A stretch of 62,216 nt of DNA, taken from the NCBI GenBank assembly GCA_028692545.1, contig JAQUXC010000005.1, positions 1 through 62,216 on the forward strand, read 5' to 3'. The notes below the pieces were generated by a model, which had not been told where the DNA came from, did not search any database, and saw only the letters and a list, made by a program, of their open reading frames with translations. Made by a program: the position numbers and the translations under genes. Positions 8,228 to 16,401 of this stretch are shown here, piece after piece. Origin of the DNA: Patescibacteria group bacterium. Lineage in GTDB: Bacteria; Patescibacteriota; Patescibacteriia; UBA1558; S5-K13. Each line of letters starts with the position of its first letter. Within the stretch, counting starts at the first letter, position 1.

Positions 8228-10441
8228 ATGAAAAAAGTAAAATTTTTTGTTATCTTTCCGATTTTAATGATTTCGCTTTTTATAAGTTTGAAATCTATAA
8301 AGGCCGAAGAATATATAACAGATCCAAGCGAATTACCAAAACAAGATGCCTTCAAAGCAATTGTTCAAATTCATACATTTTATAATGATGAATCAAATTA
8401 TCTTACAAAATATGGATCTGGCTCTGGAATTATAATAAACAAAAACGGCCTTATACTTACAAATTATCATGTGATAATGCCTTTAGATAATTTTGATGGC
8501 ACTGAAATAGATACATCTTATCAAATATGTATTTCTCAAGAAATAGGCATTGAACCAGAATGTAAATATAGCGCTAAATTTATAGCAGGAAATGAAAATT
8601 TAGATATTGCACTTCTTCAATTAGAACAAATAGAAAATCTAAGTACTATAAATCAAAATTTTCCATATTTAAATTTAAATGAAACTGATACTACAAATAT
8701 AAACGATGAAGTAATAGCACTCGGCTATCCAGCGATAGGTGGAAATACTATAACTATTACAAAAGGCATTATAAGCGGAAAAGAAACAAAATATAATAAT
8801 AATTGGATAAAAACTGATGCAATAATATCATTTGGAAATTCAGGTGGTGCTGCAATAGATGAAAATGGAAACGTAATAGGAATAACGAGTGAAGTGGGTT
8901 CAGATACTGTTGGAAGTTTAGGATATATTATAAATATTATATCTCTAAATTCTTGGATAAATGAAAACAAAAACACTGTTCCAAAAACCAATAATTTATT
9001 AGACAAAACGAAAGACCTTATTAAAAAACAAAATATATTAAAAACTTCAAATTCATTCATTAATACATCTAATCCATATATAGTAATTGCAAAGCCTGAT
9101 GATTGGAAGTTTTTATTTGAACAAGAAAACATGGTAGCAATATACAATGAAAACGATGAAGATAGTGGAATGCTTATCCTACAAATATCAAATTATCCAT
9201 ATTTACTTGATTTAGATAGCATTGTTTCAATATACAAAAATACAATCACGATACCAACAGCTATAAATTTCAATAAAATAGAAGATATTACCATAAATGG
9301 AAGGCAAGGTAAAAAATTATTAATTTCTTCTATGGATGTGATGCAAAATATATACCTTTTACCAGTACAAAATAGATTAGTAGAAGTAACTTATAATTAT
9401 GGTACAGATGATAAAGATAAAACAATTATAGACAATATGATAAATTCTCTTATAACAAGAGATTCCAGTTTAGCATTTCTTGAAACTTATGAATACGTAA
9501 ATGAAAATCCAATATTTAGTATAAAGACAACAAACAATTTGCCAATTCAATTATTAAATTCAAAATCAAACCCAATAAAAATATTAAACAAAACCGACAA
9601 AGATTTTTTTGTAAATATTAGTATAGAAAAAACTGATGACAATACAAAAAATTTCAATAATGATGAATATTTGACATACGTACAACAAATATTACAGACA
9701 GCAAACCAAATGGGATCTTACTTTGATTTTGAGAACAAATTAATTACTTCAAATGCTCATTATAATTTGAATAAAGAGCTAACTGATGTAGTAATGATAG
9801 AATACGAAATTAACAAAGTAACTACAAATTCAAAAATAATTCACACATTAGAATATCTTATAAAAACAGAAAATGAATACATCGACATCTCACTTTCATT
9901 CTATGGAAATGATGCTTCAAAAATAAACAAAGCAAAAACAGAATTCAATGAAATGTTAAAAACATTCTCTCTTACAAATATTCCAAATGATAGTGAACCA
10001 ACAAACACAAACACAGAAACAAATAATAACACCGACACTTATAATAATAAAATTTATGATAAGAATCTTAGTAACAGATTAAAAGGTGAATTATTATTAC
10101 AAGTAGAGGATGGCGGAAGAATATGGTATGTAAATCCAAAAAATGGAAAAAGATATGAAGTCACATTTGCAAATGCCTTGAATTTATTTGAAACACTTGC
10201 TCTTGGTATCAACAACAATGATTTGGCTCAAATACCTGTATATACTGATAATTTCACTACAGCTACAGGAAATCGTTTAAAAGGCCAATTATTGCTACAG
10301 GTTGAAGATAAGGGACGCATATGGTATGTTGATATGGAAGGTAAAAGACATGAAGTAACTTGGGCAAATTTGATGGATTTATTTACAAGTTTGTCACTTG
10401 GAATAACAAATGCCAATCTTGACAAAATAGAAAAAAATTAG
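8228..10441 (+). CDS. Secreted trypsin-like (S1C) serine protease with the same C-terminal twin RLKG..GRIWYV domain
   Basis: A signal peptide is present. The catalytic triad context is LTNYHVI, DIALLQL and GNSGGAAIDENGNVIGITS. The C-terminal repeats start LSNRLKGELLLQVEDGGRIWYVNP and TGNRLKGQLLLQVEDKGRIWYVDM. Confidence 0.85.
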   Translation: MKKVKFFVIFPILMISLFISLKSIKAEEYITDPSELPKQDAFKAIVQIHTFYNDESNYLTKYGSGSGIIINKNGLILTNYHVIMPLDNFDGTEIDTSYQICISQEIGIEPECKYSAKFIAGNENLDIALLQLEQIENLSTINQNFPYLNLNETDTTNINDEVIALGYPAIGGNTITITKGIISGKETKYNNNWIKTDAIISFGNSGGAAIDENGNVIGITSEVGSDTVGSLGYIINIISLNSWINENKNTVPKTNNLLDKTKDLIKKQNILKTSNSFINTSNPYIVIAKPDDWKFLFEQENMVAIYNENDEDSGMLILQISNYPYLLDLDSIVSIYKNTITIPTAINFNKIEDITINGRQGKKLLISSMDVMQNIYLLPVQNRLVEVTYNYGTDDKDKTIIDNMINSLITRDSSLAFLETYEYVNENPIFSIKTTNNLPIQLLNSKSNPIKILNKTDKDFFVNISIEKTDDNTKNFNNDEYLTYVQQILQTANQMGSYFDFENKLITSNAHYNLNKELTDVVMIEYEINKVTTNSKIIHTLEYLIKTENEYIDISLSFYGNDASKINKAKTEFNEMLKTFSLTNIPNDSEPTNTNTETNNNTDTYNNKIYDKNLSNRLKGELLLQVEDGGRIWYVNPKNGKRYEVTFANALNLFETLALGINNNDLAQIPVYTDNFTTATGNRLKGQLLLQVEDKGRIWYVDMEGKRHEVTWANLMDLFTSLSLGITNANLDKIEKN

Positions 10442-10524
10442 TATTATTTAATTATAAGATTATAAATAAAAATAACATTTTGATTACAATTTCTGATTTT
10501 ATGTAATGTAGTCGTTAGATGTTC

Positions 10525-10552
10525 TTGACAATATTTTTAAATTGGTTATAAT
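10525..10552 (+). promoter_or_regulatory. Near-consensus sigma70 promoter for the infA / ribosomal-protein block
   Basis: TTGACA (10525-10530), a 16-nt spacer, then TATAAT (10547-10552). Confidence 0.65.
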
Positions 10553-10614
10553 CTATATAATAATAATTCATTTTTATTATTAATATTTTTGTTGAAAAAT
10601 ATTACTTATTTGCT

Positions 10615-10650
10615 ATCCGCTTGGCATTAAATGCGGAGGCGGATATTTTA
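10615..10650 (+). promoter_or_regulatory. GC-rich leader hairpin(s) upstream of infA followed by a T-rich run (possible attenuator)
   Basis: ATCCGC (10615-10620) can pair either with GCGGA (10633-10637) or with GCGGAT (10639-10644). ATTTTATTTAT follows. Confidence 0.3.
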
Positions 10651-10660
10651 TTTATAGCTA

Positions 10661-10900
10661 ATGAAACAAAACAAACAAACAAACAATACGAGTAAAGATT
10701 TTATAGAGTTAGATGGAGTTATATTAGAATCCTTACCTGCAACACAATTCAAAGTAGAGCTTGAAAATGGACATGAAATATTGGCATATTTATCAGGCAA
10801 AATGAGAATGTTTAAAATTAGACTTTTGCCTGGGGATAAGGTAAAAATACAAATGACACCATATGACTTGGATCATGGCAGAATAACATACAGATATTAA
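10661..10900 (+). CDS. infA: Translation initiation factor IF-1
   Basis: The S1-like IF-1 sequence [63 protein letters not shown]. Confidence 0.95.
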   Translation: MKQNKQTNNTSKDFIELDGVILESLPATQFKVELENGHEILAYLSGKMRMFKIRLLPGDKVKIQMTPYDLDHGRITYRY

Positions 10901-10948
10901 TAGACAATAAAATCAAAAAAATTAAGTAATTTATTATATTATAATAAT

Positions 10949-11062
10949 ATGAAGGTTAGACCATCAGTAAAAAAAATATGTAGAGATTGTAAAGTGATTA
11001 GAAGAGAAGGTCGCTTGGTTTGTATATGCAAAAATCCAAAGCACAAACAAAGACAAGGTTAA
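10949..11062 (+). CDS. rpmJ: 50S ribosomal protein L36
   Basis: Hand translation gives [37 protein letters not shown]. The ORF is below the track cutoff and sits in the canonical position between infA and rpsM. Confidence 0.93.
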   Translation: MKVRPSVKKICRDCKVIRREGRLVCICKNPKHKQRQG

Positions 11063-11163
11063 AAATGATGAATGATGAGTTAAGAATTTTGAATGAATTT
11101 TAAAATTAATTAATTCAATAATTTATTAGAAATTAGAAATTAATAATTCAAAATTAAAATATT

Positions 11164-11553
11164 ATGGCTAGAATAGCAGGAATAAATTTACCAAATAATA
11201 AAAGAACAGAAATTGCTCTTACTTATGTTTATGGAATAGGAAAACAAACATCCAAAAAAATATTAGAAAAGACAAAAGTAAATCCAGATACTAGAGTAAA
11301 AGATTTATCAGAGGAAGATATAAATAAGCTAAGAGATGCTGTAGAAAAAGAACACAAAGTAGAAGGTGATTTGAGACGTGAAGTTATGATGAATATAAAA
11401 ATAATGAAAGATATAAAATCTTACAAAGGCACAAGACATGCAAAACATTTACCTGCAAGAGGACAAAGAACAAAGACAAATTCAAGAACAGTTAGAGGAA
11501 ATAAAAGAGGAGTTGCTACATCTGGAAAGAAAGGCGCTGCACAAAAAACATAA
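11164..11553 (+). CDS. rpsM: 30S ribosomal protein S13
   Basis: [14 protein letters not shown]...[13 protein letters not shown]...[20 protein letters not shown]. Confidence 0.95.
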   Translation: MARIAGINLPNNKRTEIALTYVYGIGKQTSKKILEKTKVNPDTRVKDLSEEDINKLRDAVEKEHKVEGDLRREVMMNIKIMKDIKSYKGTRHAKHLPARGQRTKTNSRTVRGNKRGVATSGKKGAAQKT

Positions 11554-11578
11554 AAATTATTAAAATTATACTTTAATT

Positions 11579-11965
11579 ATGATTAAAAATAAGACAACAA
11601 AAAAAAAGAAAAAAGTTGTAGTAAAAAAAGGACAAGCACATATTAGTGCAAGCTACAACAATACAATAATAACTCTTACCGATCAAAATGGTAATACTTT
11701 AGTTTGGGGTTCTGCTGGAGCTATGGGTTTCAAAGGTCCAAAAAAAGCAACTCCGTATGCAGCTGAAGTCATCTGCCGTGAAATAATAGCAAAAGCAAAA
11801 ACTGTTGGACTTGAAGAAGTAGATGTATTTGTAAAAGGAGTTGGTGCAGGAAGAGAAGGAGCAATAAGAGCACTTCATTCAAATGGATTAAATATTATGT
11901 CCATCAAAGATATTACTCCTATCCCACACAATGGTTGCAGACCACCAAAACCAAGAAGAGTTTAA
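11579..11965 (+). CDS. rpsK: 30S ribosomal protein S11
   Basis: GQAHISASYNNTIITLTDQNGNTLVWGSAGAMGFKG...PIPHNGCRPPKPRR. Confidence 0.95.
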   Translation: MIKNKTTKKKKKVVVKKGQAHISASYNNTIITLTDQNGNTLVWGSAGAMGFKGPKKATPYAAEVICREIIAKAKTVGLEEVDVFVKGVGAGREGAIRALHSNGLNIMSIKDITPIPHNGCRPPKPRRV

Positions 11966-12007
11966 TATAAAATAAAATAAATTATTTAATTAAAATAATT
12001 CAAATAA

Positions 12008-12640
12008 ATGAGAAAAATCAGTTCAAAATGTAAACTATGTAGAGCAGAAGGCCAAAAACTACTACTCAAAGGGGAAAGATGTATGTCTTCTAAATGTGCC
12101 ATGATCAAAAAAAATTATAAGCCAGGAGTTCATGGTCCAAAAAAATCAATGACAAAACTCTCAGCATATGGAAAACAGCTTAGAGAAAAGCAAAAAACAA
12201 AAAGAACTTACGGAATGTTGGAAAAACCATTTGCAATATTAGTAAAAAAAGCTTTACAAAGCAAAGGAGATGCAGGACGTATTATAACAAATAAATTGGA
12301 AAATAGATTTGACAACATAGTATATAGATGCAAATTAGCTAATTCTAGAAATACTGCAAAACAGATAATTAGTCATAATCATTTAAAAATAAATGACAAA
12401 AGTGTTAATATATCATCTTATGAATTGAGAATTGGAGATAAAATATCAGTAAAAGAAAATAAATTAAAGGATAAATATTGGGAAAAACTTAAAGAATCTC
12501 TAAAAAATGAAAAAGATATGCCAACATGGTTAAATGTAGATACAAAAAATCTTACTGCACAAGTTATTGGCAGTCCAGACTATGAAGAACTTGAAAAATC
12601 TATAAATACTTCTCTTATAATTGAGTTTTATTCTAGATAA
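12008..12640 (+). CDS. rpsD: 30S ribosomal protein S4
   Basis: N-terminal Cys cluster CKLCRAEGQKLLLKGERC..SKC, S4 domain, and operon position. Confidence 0.93.
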   Translation: MRKISSKCKLCRAEGQKLLLKGERCMSSKCAMIKKNYKPGVHGPKKSMTKLSAYGKQLREKQKTKRTYGMLEKPFAILVKKALQSKGDAGRIITNKLENRFDNIVYRCKLANSRNTAKQIISHNHLKINDKSVNISSYELRIGDKISVKENKLKDKYWEKLKESLKNEKDMPTWLNVDTKNLTAQVIGSPDYEELEKSINTSLIIEFYSR

Positions 12641-12678
12641 ATTTAATTTTTATAAATTACAAATTTAACAAAACAAAA

Positions 12679-13524
12679 ATGGACAATATAGCTTTACCAC
12701 AAAAAATAGAATATAAAAAAGTAAAAGAAAATCAAAAAGAAATAATAATAGAACCATTATTTCCTGGTTATGGAATAACCATTGCCAACTCACTTCGTAG
12801 AGTTCTTTTATCTTCTTTAGTTGGTTCTGCAATTACAAAAGTAAAAATAAAAGATGTAAGTCATGAATTTTCTACACTACCATATCTAAAAGAAGATATA
12901 GTAGAACTTATTTTAAATATAAAAAAAATTAGAGTAAAATCATATTCAGATGAACCTATAAAATTTAGATTAAAAATAACTGGAGAAAATGAAGTAAAAG
13001 CTGGTGATATAGAGAAAAATGCACAGTTAGAAGTTGTAAACCCTGATTTAGTAATAGCTCATCTTACAGATAAAAAAGCAGAGTTGGACATTGAATTTAC
13101 AGCTGAAAAAGGAAGAGGGTATGTAATGGTAGAAGAAAAAAGTGGATATGAAGATTTGGCAGTAAATGAAATAAGCTTAGATTCATTATTTAGTCCCATA
13201 GTAAATGTAAGTTTTAGTGTAGAAGCGGTTCGTGTTGGTAAAAAGACTGATTATGAAAAATTAGTCATGAAAGTAGAGACAGATGGATCTATTCAACCAG
13301 AAGAAGCAATATTAAGATCTATAAAGATATTAATGAGTCATTTCGCTCTTATTGATCAAAAAGAACCAGAAATTGAAGAACCAATAATTGAAAAAAAGGA
13401 AAAAGCAGAAAAGCCTACATCCGCTAAAGTTAAGGTAGACAAGAAAGAAAAAAAAGAAAAAGTTGAAAAAAAAGAAAAAAAAATAGACAAGATAGATAAG
13501 AAAGAAAAAAAATCTAAAAAATAA
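12679..13524 (+). CDS. rpoA: DNA-directed RNA polymerase alpha subunit. The N-terminal domain is followed by a Lys/Glu-rich tail, and no alpha-CTD is recognisable.
   Basis: The NTD motif is LFPGYGITIANSLRRVLLSSLVGSAITKVKI. The last 55 aa or so are EKKEKAEKPTSAKVKVDKKEKKEKVEKKEKKIDKIDKKEKKSKK. Confidence 0.9.
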   Translation: MDNIALPQKIEYKKVKENQKEIIIEPLFPGYGITIANSLRRVLLSSLVGSAITKVKIKDVSHEFSTLPYLKEDIVELILNIKKIRVKSYSDEPIKFRLKITGENEVKAGDIEKNAQLEVVNPDLVIAHLTDKKAELDIEFTAEKGRGYVMVEEKSGYEDLAVNEISLDSLFSPIVNVSFSVEAVRVGKKTDYEKLVMKVETDGSIQPEEAILRSIKILMSHFALIDQKEPEIEEPIIEKKEKAEKPTSAKVKVDKKEKKEKVEKKEKKIDKIDKKEKKSKK

Positions 13525-13596
13525 GGATGGCTATCAGTTATCAGCTATCAGCTTAGAAATGCTGACAGCTAAAAGCTAAAAGCTACAAGCTAATAT
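13525..13596. repeat. AGCT-rich imperfect palindromic element filling the rpoA-rplQ spacer (same family as 46144-46234)
   Basis: The sequence is GCTATCAGTTATCAGCTATCAGCTTA..AATGCTGACAGCTAAAAGCTAAAAGC. The right arm AATGCTGACAGCTAA.AGCTAAA recurs at 46208-46232, and both copies end a few nt before an r-protein ATG. Confidence 0.7.
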
Positions 13597-13950
13597 ATGA
13601 GACATCAAAACAAGAATAAAATTTTAGATAGAAAAATAGGACCTAGAACAGCATTAATAAAAAATCTAGCTGGTCAGGTTGTTTTATTTGAAAAAGTCAA
13701 AACAACATCCGCAAAAGCAAAAGTAATAAAATCTTATATAGAAAAGCTAATAACAAAATCATCAAAAAATAATCTTACCACTCAAAGATATTTAAAGACA
13801 AAATTAAATTCAAAACAAGCAATAAAAAAATTACTTGAAGTATATGGCCCAAAATTTGAAAATCAAAATGGTGGATATCTAAAAATAATAAAAGCAGAAA
13901 AAAGAATAGGTGATGGGGCTGAAATGGTTTATATAACATTTACAAAATAA
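13597..13950 (+). CDS. rplQ: 50S ribosomal protein L17
   Basis: MRHQNKNKILDRKIGPRTALIKNLA..., in the position after rpoA. Confidence 0.93.
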   Translation: MRHQNKNKILDRKIGPRTALIKNLAGQVVLFEKVKTTSAKAKVIKSYIEKLITKSSKNNLTTQRYLKTKLNSKQAIKKLLEVYGPKFENQNGGYLKIIKAEKRIGDGAEMVYITFTK

Positions 13951-13955
13951 ATAAT

Positions 13956-14312
13956 ATGGATATTAAAAGAGAAAAAATTACAATAGATGCAACAGATCAA
14001 AGCGTTGGAAGGCTAGCTACAAAAATTGCTATGCTTTTGATGGGTAAAACCAAGGTAGATTATCAACCTAATATAGATTCTGGTGCTGATGTAAATATTG
14101 AAAATGCTTCAAAAATAAAATTTACTGGTAATAAAATAGAAAAAAATATTTATCATAGACATACTGGCTATGTTGGTAATTTGAAATCAGAAAGGCTAAG
14201 AGATATGTTACCACAAAAAATTGATGTAATACTTAGAAAAGCAGTAAATAATATGTTACCAAAAAATAAGTTAAGAGCAAAAATGATAGCAAGATTAAAA
14301 ATTAACAAGTAA
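13956..14312 (+). CDS. rplM: 50S ribosomal protein L13 (short, 118 aa)
   Basis: IDATDQSVGRLATKIAMLLMGK...YHRHTGYVGNLK, followed by rpsI. Confidence 0.9.
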   Translation: MDIKREKITIDATDQSVGRLATKIAMLLMGKTKVDYQPNIDSGADVNIENASKIKFTGNKIEKNIYHRHTGYVGNLKSERLRDMLPQKIDVILRKAVNNMLPKNKLRAKMIARLKINK

Positions 14313-14389
14313 TACCAATATACAAAGGCGGATCAGCCTTGGGCTGAAGTATGAATTAGTATATTAGCATCACATATTAGTATAAAATT

Positions 14390-14800
14390 ATGGAAAATAA
14401 AGAAAAAACAACAGACACATATATATATGCAGTAGGCAAAAGAAAAACATCTATAGCTACTGTAAGGATTTATCATGAAAAAGGTGATGTAACTTTAAAT
14501 GATAAAACTGTAGATGACTATTTCAAAGATAGTGCCATGAGTGAAATTGTTGTAGAATCATTAAACTTATTAAGTCAAACAGGAAAAAATAAAATAACCA
14601 TAAAAGTAAAAGGTGGTGGAAAAAATAGTCAAGCAGAAGCTATAAGACTTGGTATATCTAGATGTCTTGTAAAAATGGATCCTGAGGCTAGAAAATCTCT
14701 AAAAAGTCAAGGATTTTTAACAAGAGATCCAAGAGCAAAAGAAAGAAAGAAACCAGGATTAAAAAGAGCAAGAAAAGCACCACAGTGGGCAAAACGTTAA
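14390..14800 (+). CDS. rpsI: 30S ribosomal protein S9
   Basis: YAVGKRKTSIATVRI...GGGKNSQAEAIRLGISRCL...RDPRAKERKKPGLKRARKAPQWAKR. Confidence 0.95.
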   Translation: MENKEKTTDTYIYAVGKRKTSIATVRIYHEKGDVTLNDKTVDDYFKDSAMSEIVVESLNLLSQTGKNKITIKVKGGGKNSQAEAIRLGISRCLVKMDPEARKSLKSQGFLTRDPRAKERKKPGLKRARKAPQWAKR

Positions 14801-14814
14801 ATATATAATATACA

Positions 14815-14850
14815 CAAAAAACTCTATAAAAATAGAGTTTTTTGTTTGTT
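14815..14850 (+). terminator. Rho-independent terminator ending the r-protein block
   Basis: AAAAAACTCTA-taaaaa-TAGAGTTTTTT followed by GTTTGTT. Confidence 0.7.
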
Positions 14851-14868
14851 GTGTGATATAATAAAAAA

Positions 14869-16311
14869 ATGAATAATTCACCATCAAATAAATTAATAAA
14901 AAATACAGGTTATTATACAATAGCCCTTGTTATACAAAAAGTAATCTCATTTACATATTTTTCTTATTTAGCATCAAAAATAGGCTCAATAGGTACTGCA
15001 AAATATTTTTTTGCTGTTTCTTTTGTAACTATTTTTTCTGTATTTATAGATCTTGGATTATCAAGTCTTATAAATAGAGAAATAGCAAAAAATAAAGAGT
15101 CACATCAAAAATTACTTAGTAATGTATTGGGGGTAAAAATATTAAGCACACTTTTAATAATCATTGCAATATTTATATTTTCCAATATTCTAAATTACAA
15201 TCAATATTTGAAAAATATGATATATTTATCAATGATTACAATGATCATTGATAGTTTTACTATTACTTTTTTTGCTGTAATAAGAGGAAAACACAACTTA
15301 AAATATGAAAGTATTTCTTCTATATTATTTCAATTAATAGTAATAACAACTGGATATTTCATGCTACAAAAGACGCAAGAACCACTTTTATTGCTCATAG
15401 TATTATTAGTTGCAAGTATATTTAATTTTATATATTCCTCAATAATTCTTATAAAAAAATATAAAATAAATATTAGCCCTAAATTTGACAAAGAATTCAT
15501 AAAATTATTACTAGTAACAACTTGTCCATTTGCAATTGCTGGAATTTTTATGAGAATATCTGGAAGTATAGATTCTGTATTTTTGTCAAAATTAGCAACT
15601 GAAAAAGCTCTTGGATATTATGGCTTAGCATATAAAATCACTTTTGCATTTCAATTTATTCCATTAGCTTTTTCTGCATCACTATACCCAGCGTTTACAC
15701 ACTTTTTCCATTATGAAAAAGAAAAATTAGAGAATATATTTAATAAAAGTATTATATATCTTTTGATAATAAGTTTTCCTATATCAGTAGGAATAATTTC
15801 CCTTACAAATCCAATTATATTAAAAATTTATGGATATGACTTTTATGGTGCAATACTTACATTACAAATTTTAATTTCTAGTATCCCATTTTTATTTGTT
15901 ACGTTTCCAATGGGAGCACTTTTAAATGCTACAAATTTACAAAAAAAACACACTATAAATATAGGTATAACAATGCTTGTAAGTATAATATTCAACTTTA
16001 CTCTTATAAAATTATATTCACAAAATGGAGCAGCTATGGCATCAATAATATCAACTCTTACATACCTTATTCTAAATACAATAACCTGCAAAAAAATTAT
16101 AAATATTCATTACAAGGAAATTATAATAAATATTATAAAAATACTAATAGCTTGTACAATTATGGTATTGTCAATAAAATATCTTGAAAATAAAATTAAT
16201 TTACTCTTTGTTATAACTATAGGAGCTACAATTTACACATTAACAGCTTATATATTAAAAATATTCACAAAAAAAGATTTATCTTATATAAAAAGTCTCA
16301 GAAAAACATAA
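14869..16311 (+). CDS. Oligosaccharide/polysaccharide flippase (MOP superfamily, Wzx-like)
   Basis: 480 aa with about 12-14 TM segments and the typical N-terminal NTGYYTIALVIQKVISF..YLA...G. It heads a glycan gene cluster. Confidence 0.75.
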   Translation: MNNSPSNKLIKNTGYYTIALVIQKVISFTYFSYLASKIGSIGTAKYFFAVSFVTIFSVFIDLGLSSLINREIAKNKESHQKLLSNVLGVKILSTLLIIIAIFIFSNILNYNQYLKNMIYLSMITMIIDSFTITFFAVIRGKHNLKYESISSILFQLIVITTGYFMLQKTQEPLLLLIVLLVASIFNFIYSSIILIKKYKINISPKFDKEFIKLLLVTTCPFAIAGIFMRISGSIDSVFLSKLATEKALGYYGLAYKITFAFQFIPLAFSASLYPAFTHFFHYEKEKLENIFNKSIIYLLIISFPISVGIISLTNPIILKIYGYDFYGAILTLQILISSIPFLFVTFPMGALLNATNLQKKHTINIGITMLVSIIFNFTLIKLYSQNGAAMASIISTLTYLILNTITCKKIINIHYKEIIINIIKILIACTIMVLSIKYLENKINLLFVITIGATIYTLTAYILKIFTKKDLSYIKSLRKT

Positions 16312-16401
16312 ACAAAACCACAAAAATAACCTATAAATAAACAAGAAAAATGTGTTTATCTATTTTTGCTATTAAATAAAAAATATCGTATAATCAAGTA
16401 T

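Noticed and set aside
6296-10441. Diversity-generating retroelement (template/variable repeat pair) as the explanation for the near-identical C-terminal domains of two secreted proteins
   Set aside because: The mismatches between the copies are not adenine-specific (T/A, T/C and A/G changes are seen). No reverse transcriptase gene is present. Gene conversion between paralogous domains is sufficient.
13380-13524. Repetitive AAAGAAAAA / GAAAAAAAAG DNA that could be mistaken for a repeat array or CRISPR
   Set aside because: It is in frame within rpoA and simply encodes the Lys/Glu-rich tail. There is no repeat-spacer periodicity, and no cas genes occur anywhere in the window. No CRISPR array was seen.
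16366-16401. N-terminal extensions from non-ATG track starts (16366 TTG, 39529 TTG, 247 TTG, 24676 TTG) and early ATGs (22481, 55505)
   Set aside because: In each case a downstream ATG immediately precedes the conserved N-terminus or signal peptide (for example MKPVLKNK.. signal peptide, MKKQTIAILFGGKSAEHE for Ddl, MRKLFLL.. after GGAGG). Using it also reduces overlap with the upstream gene.
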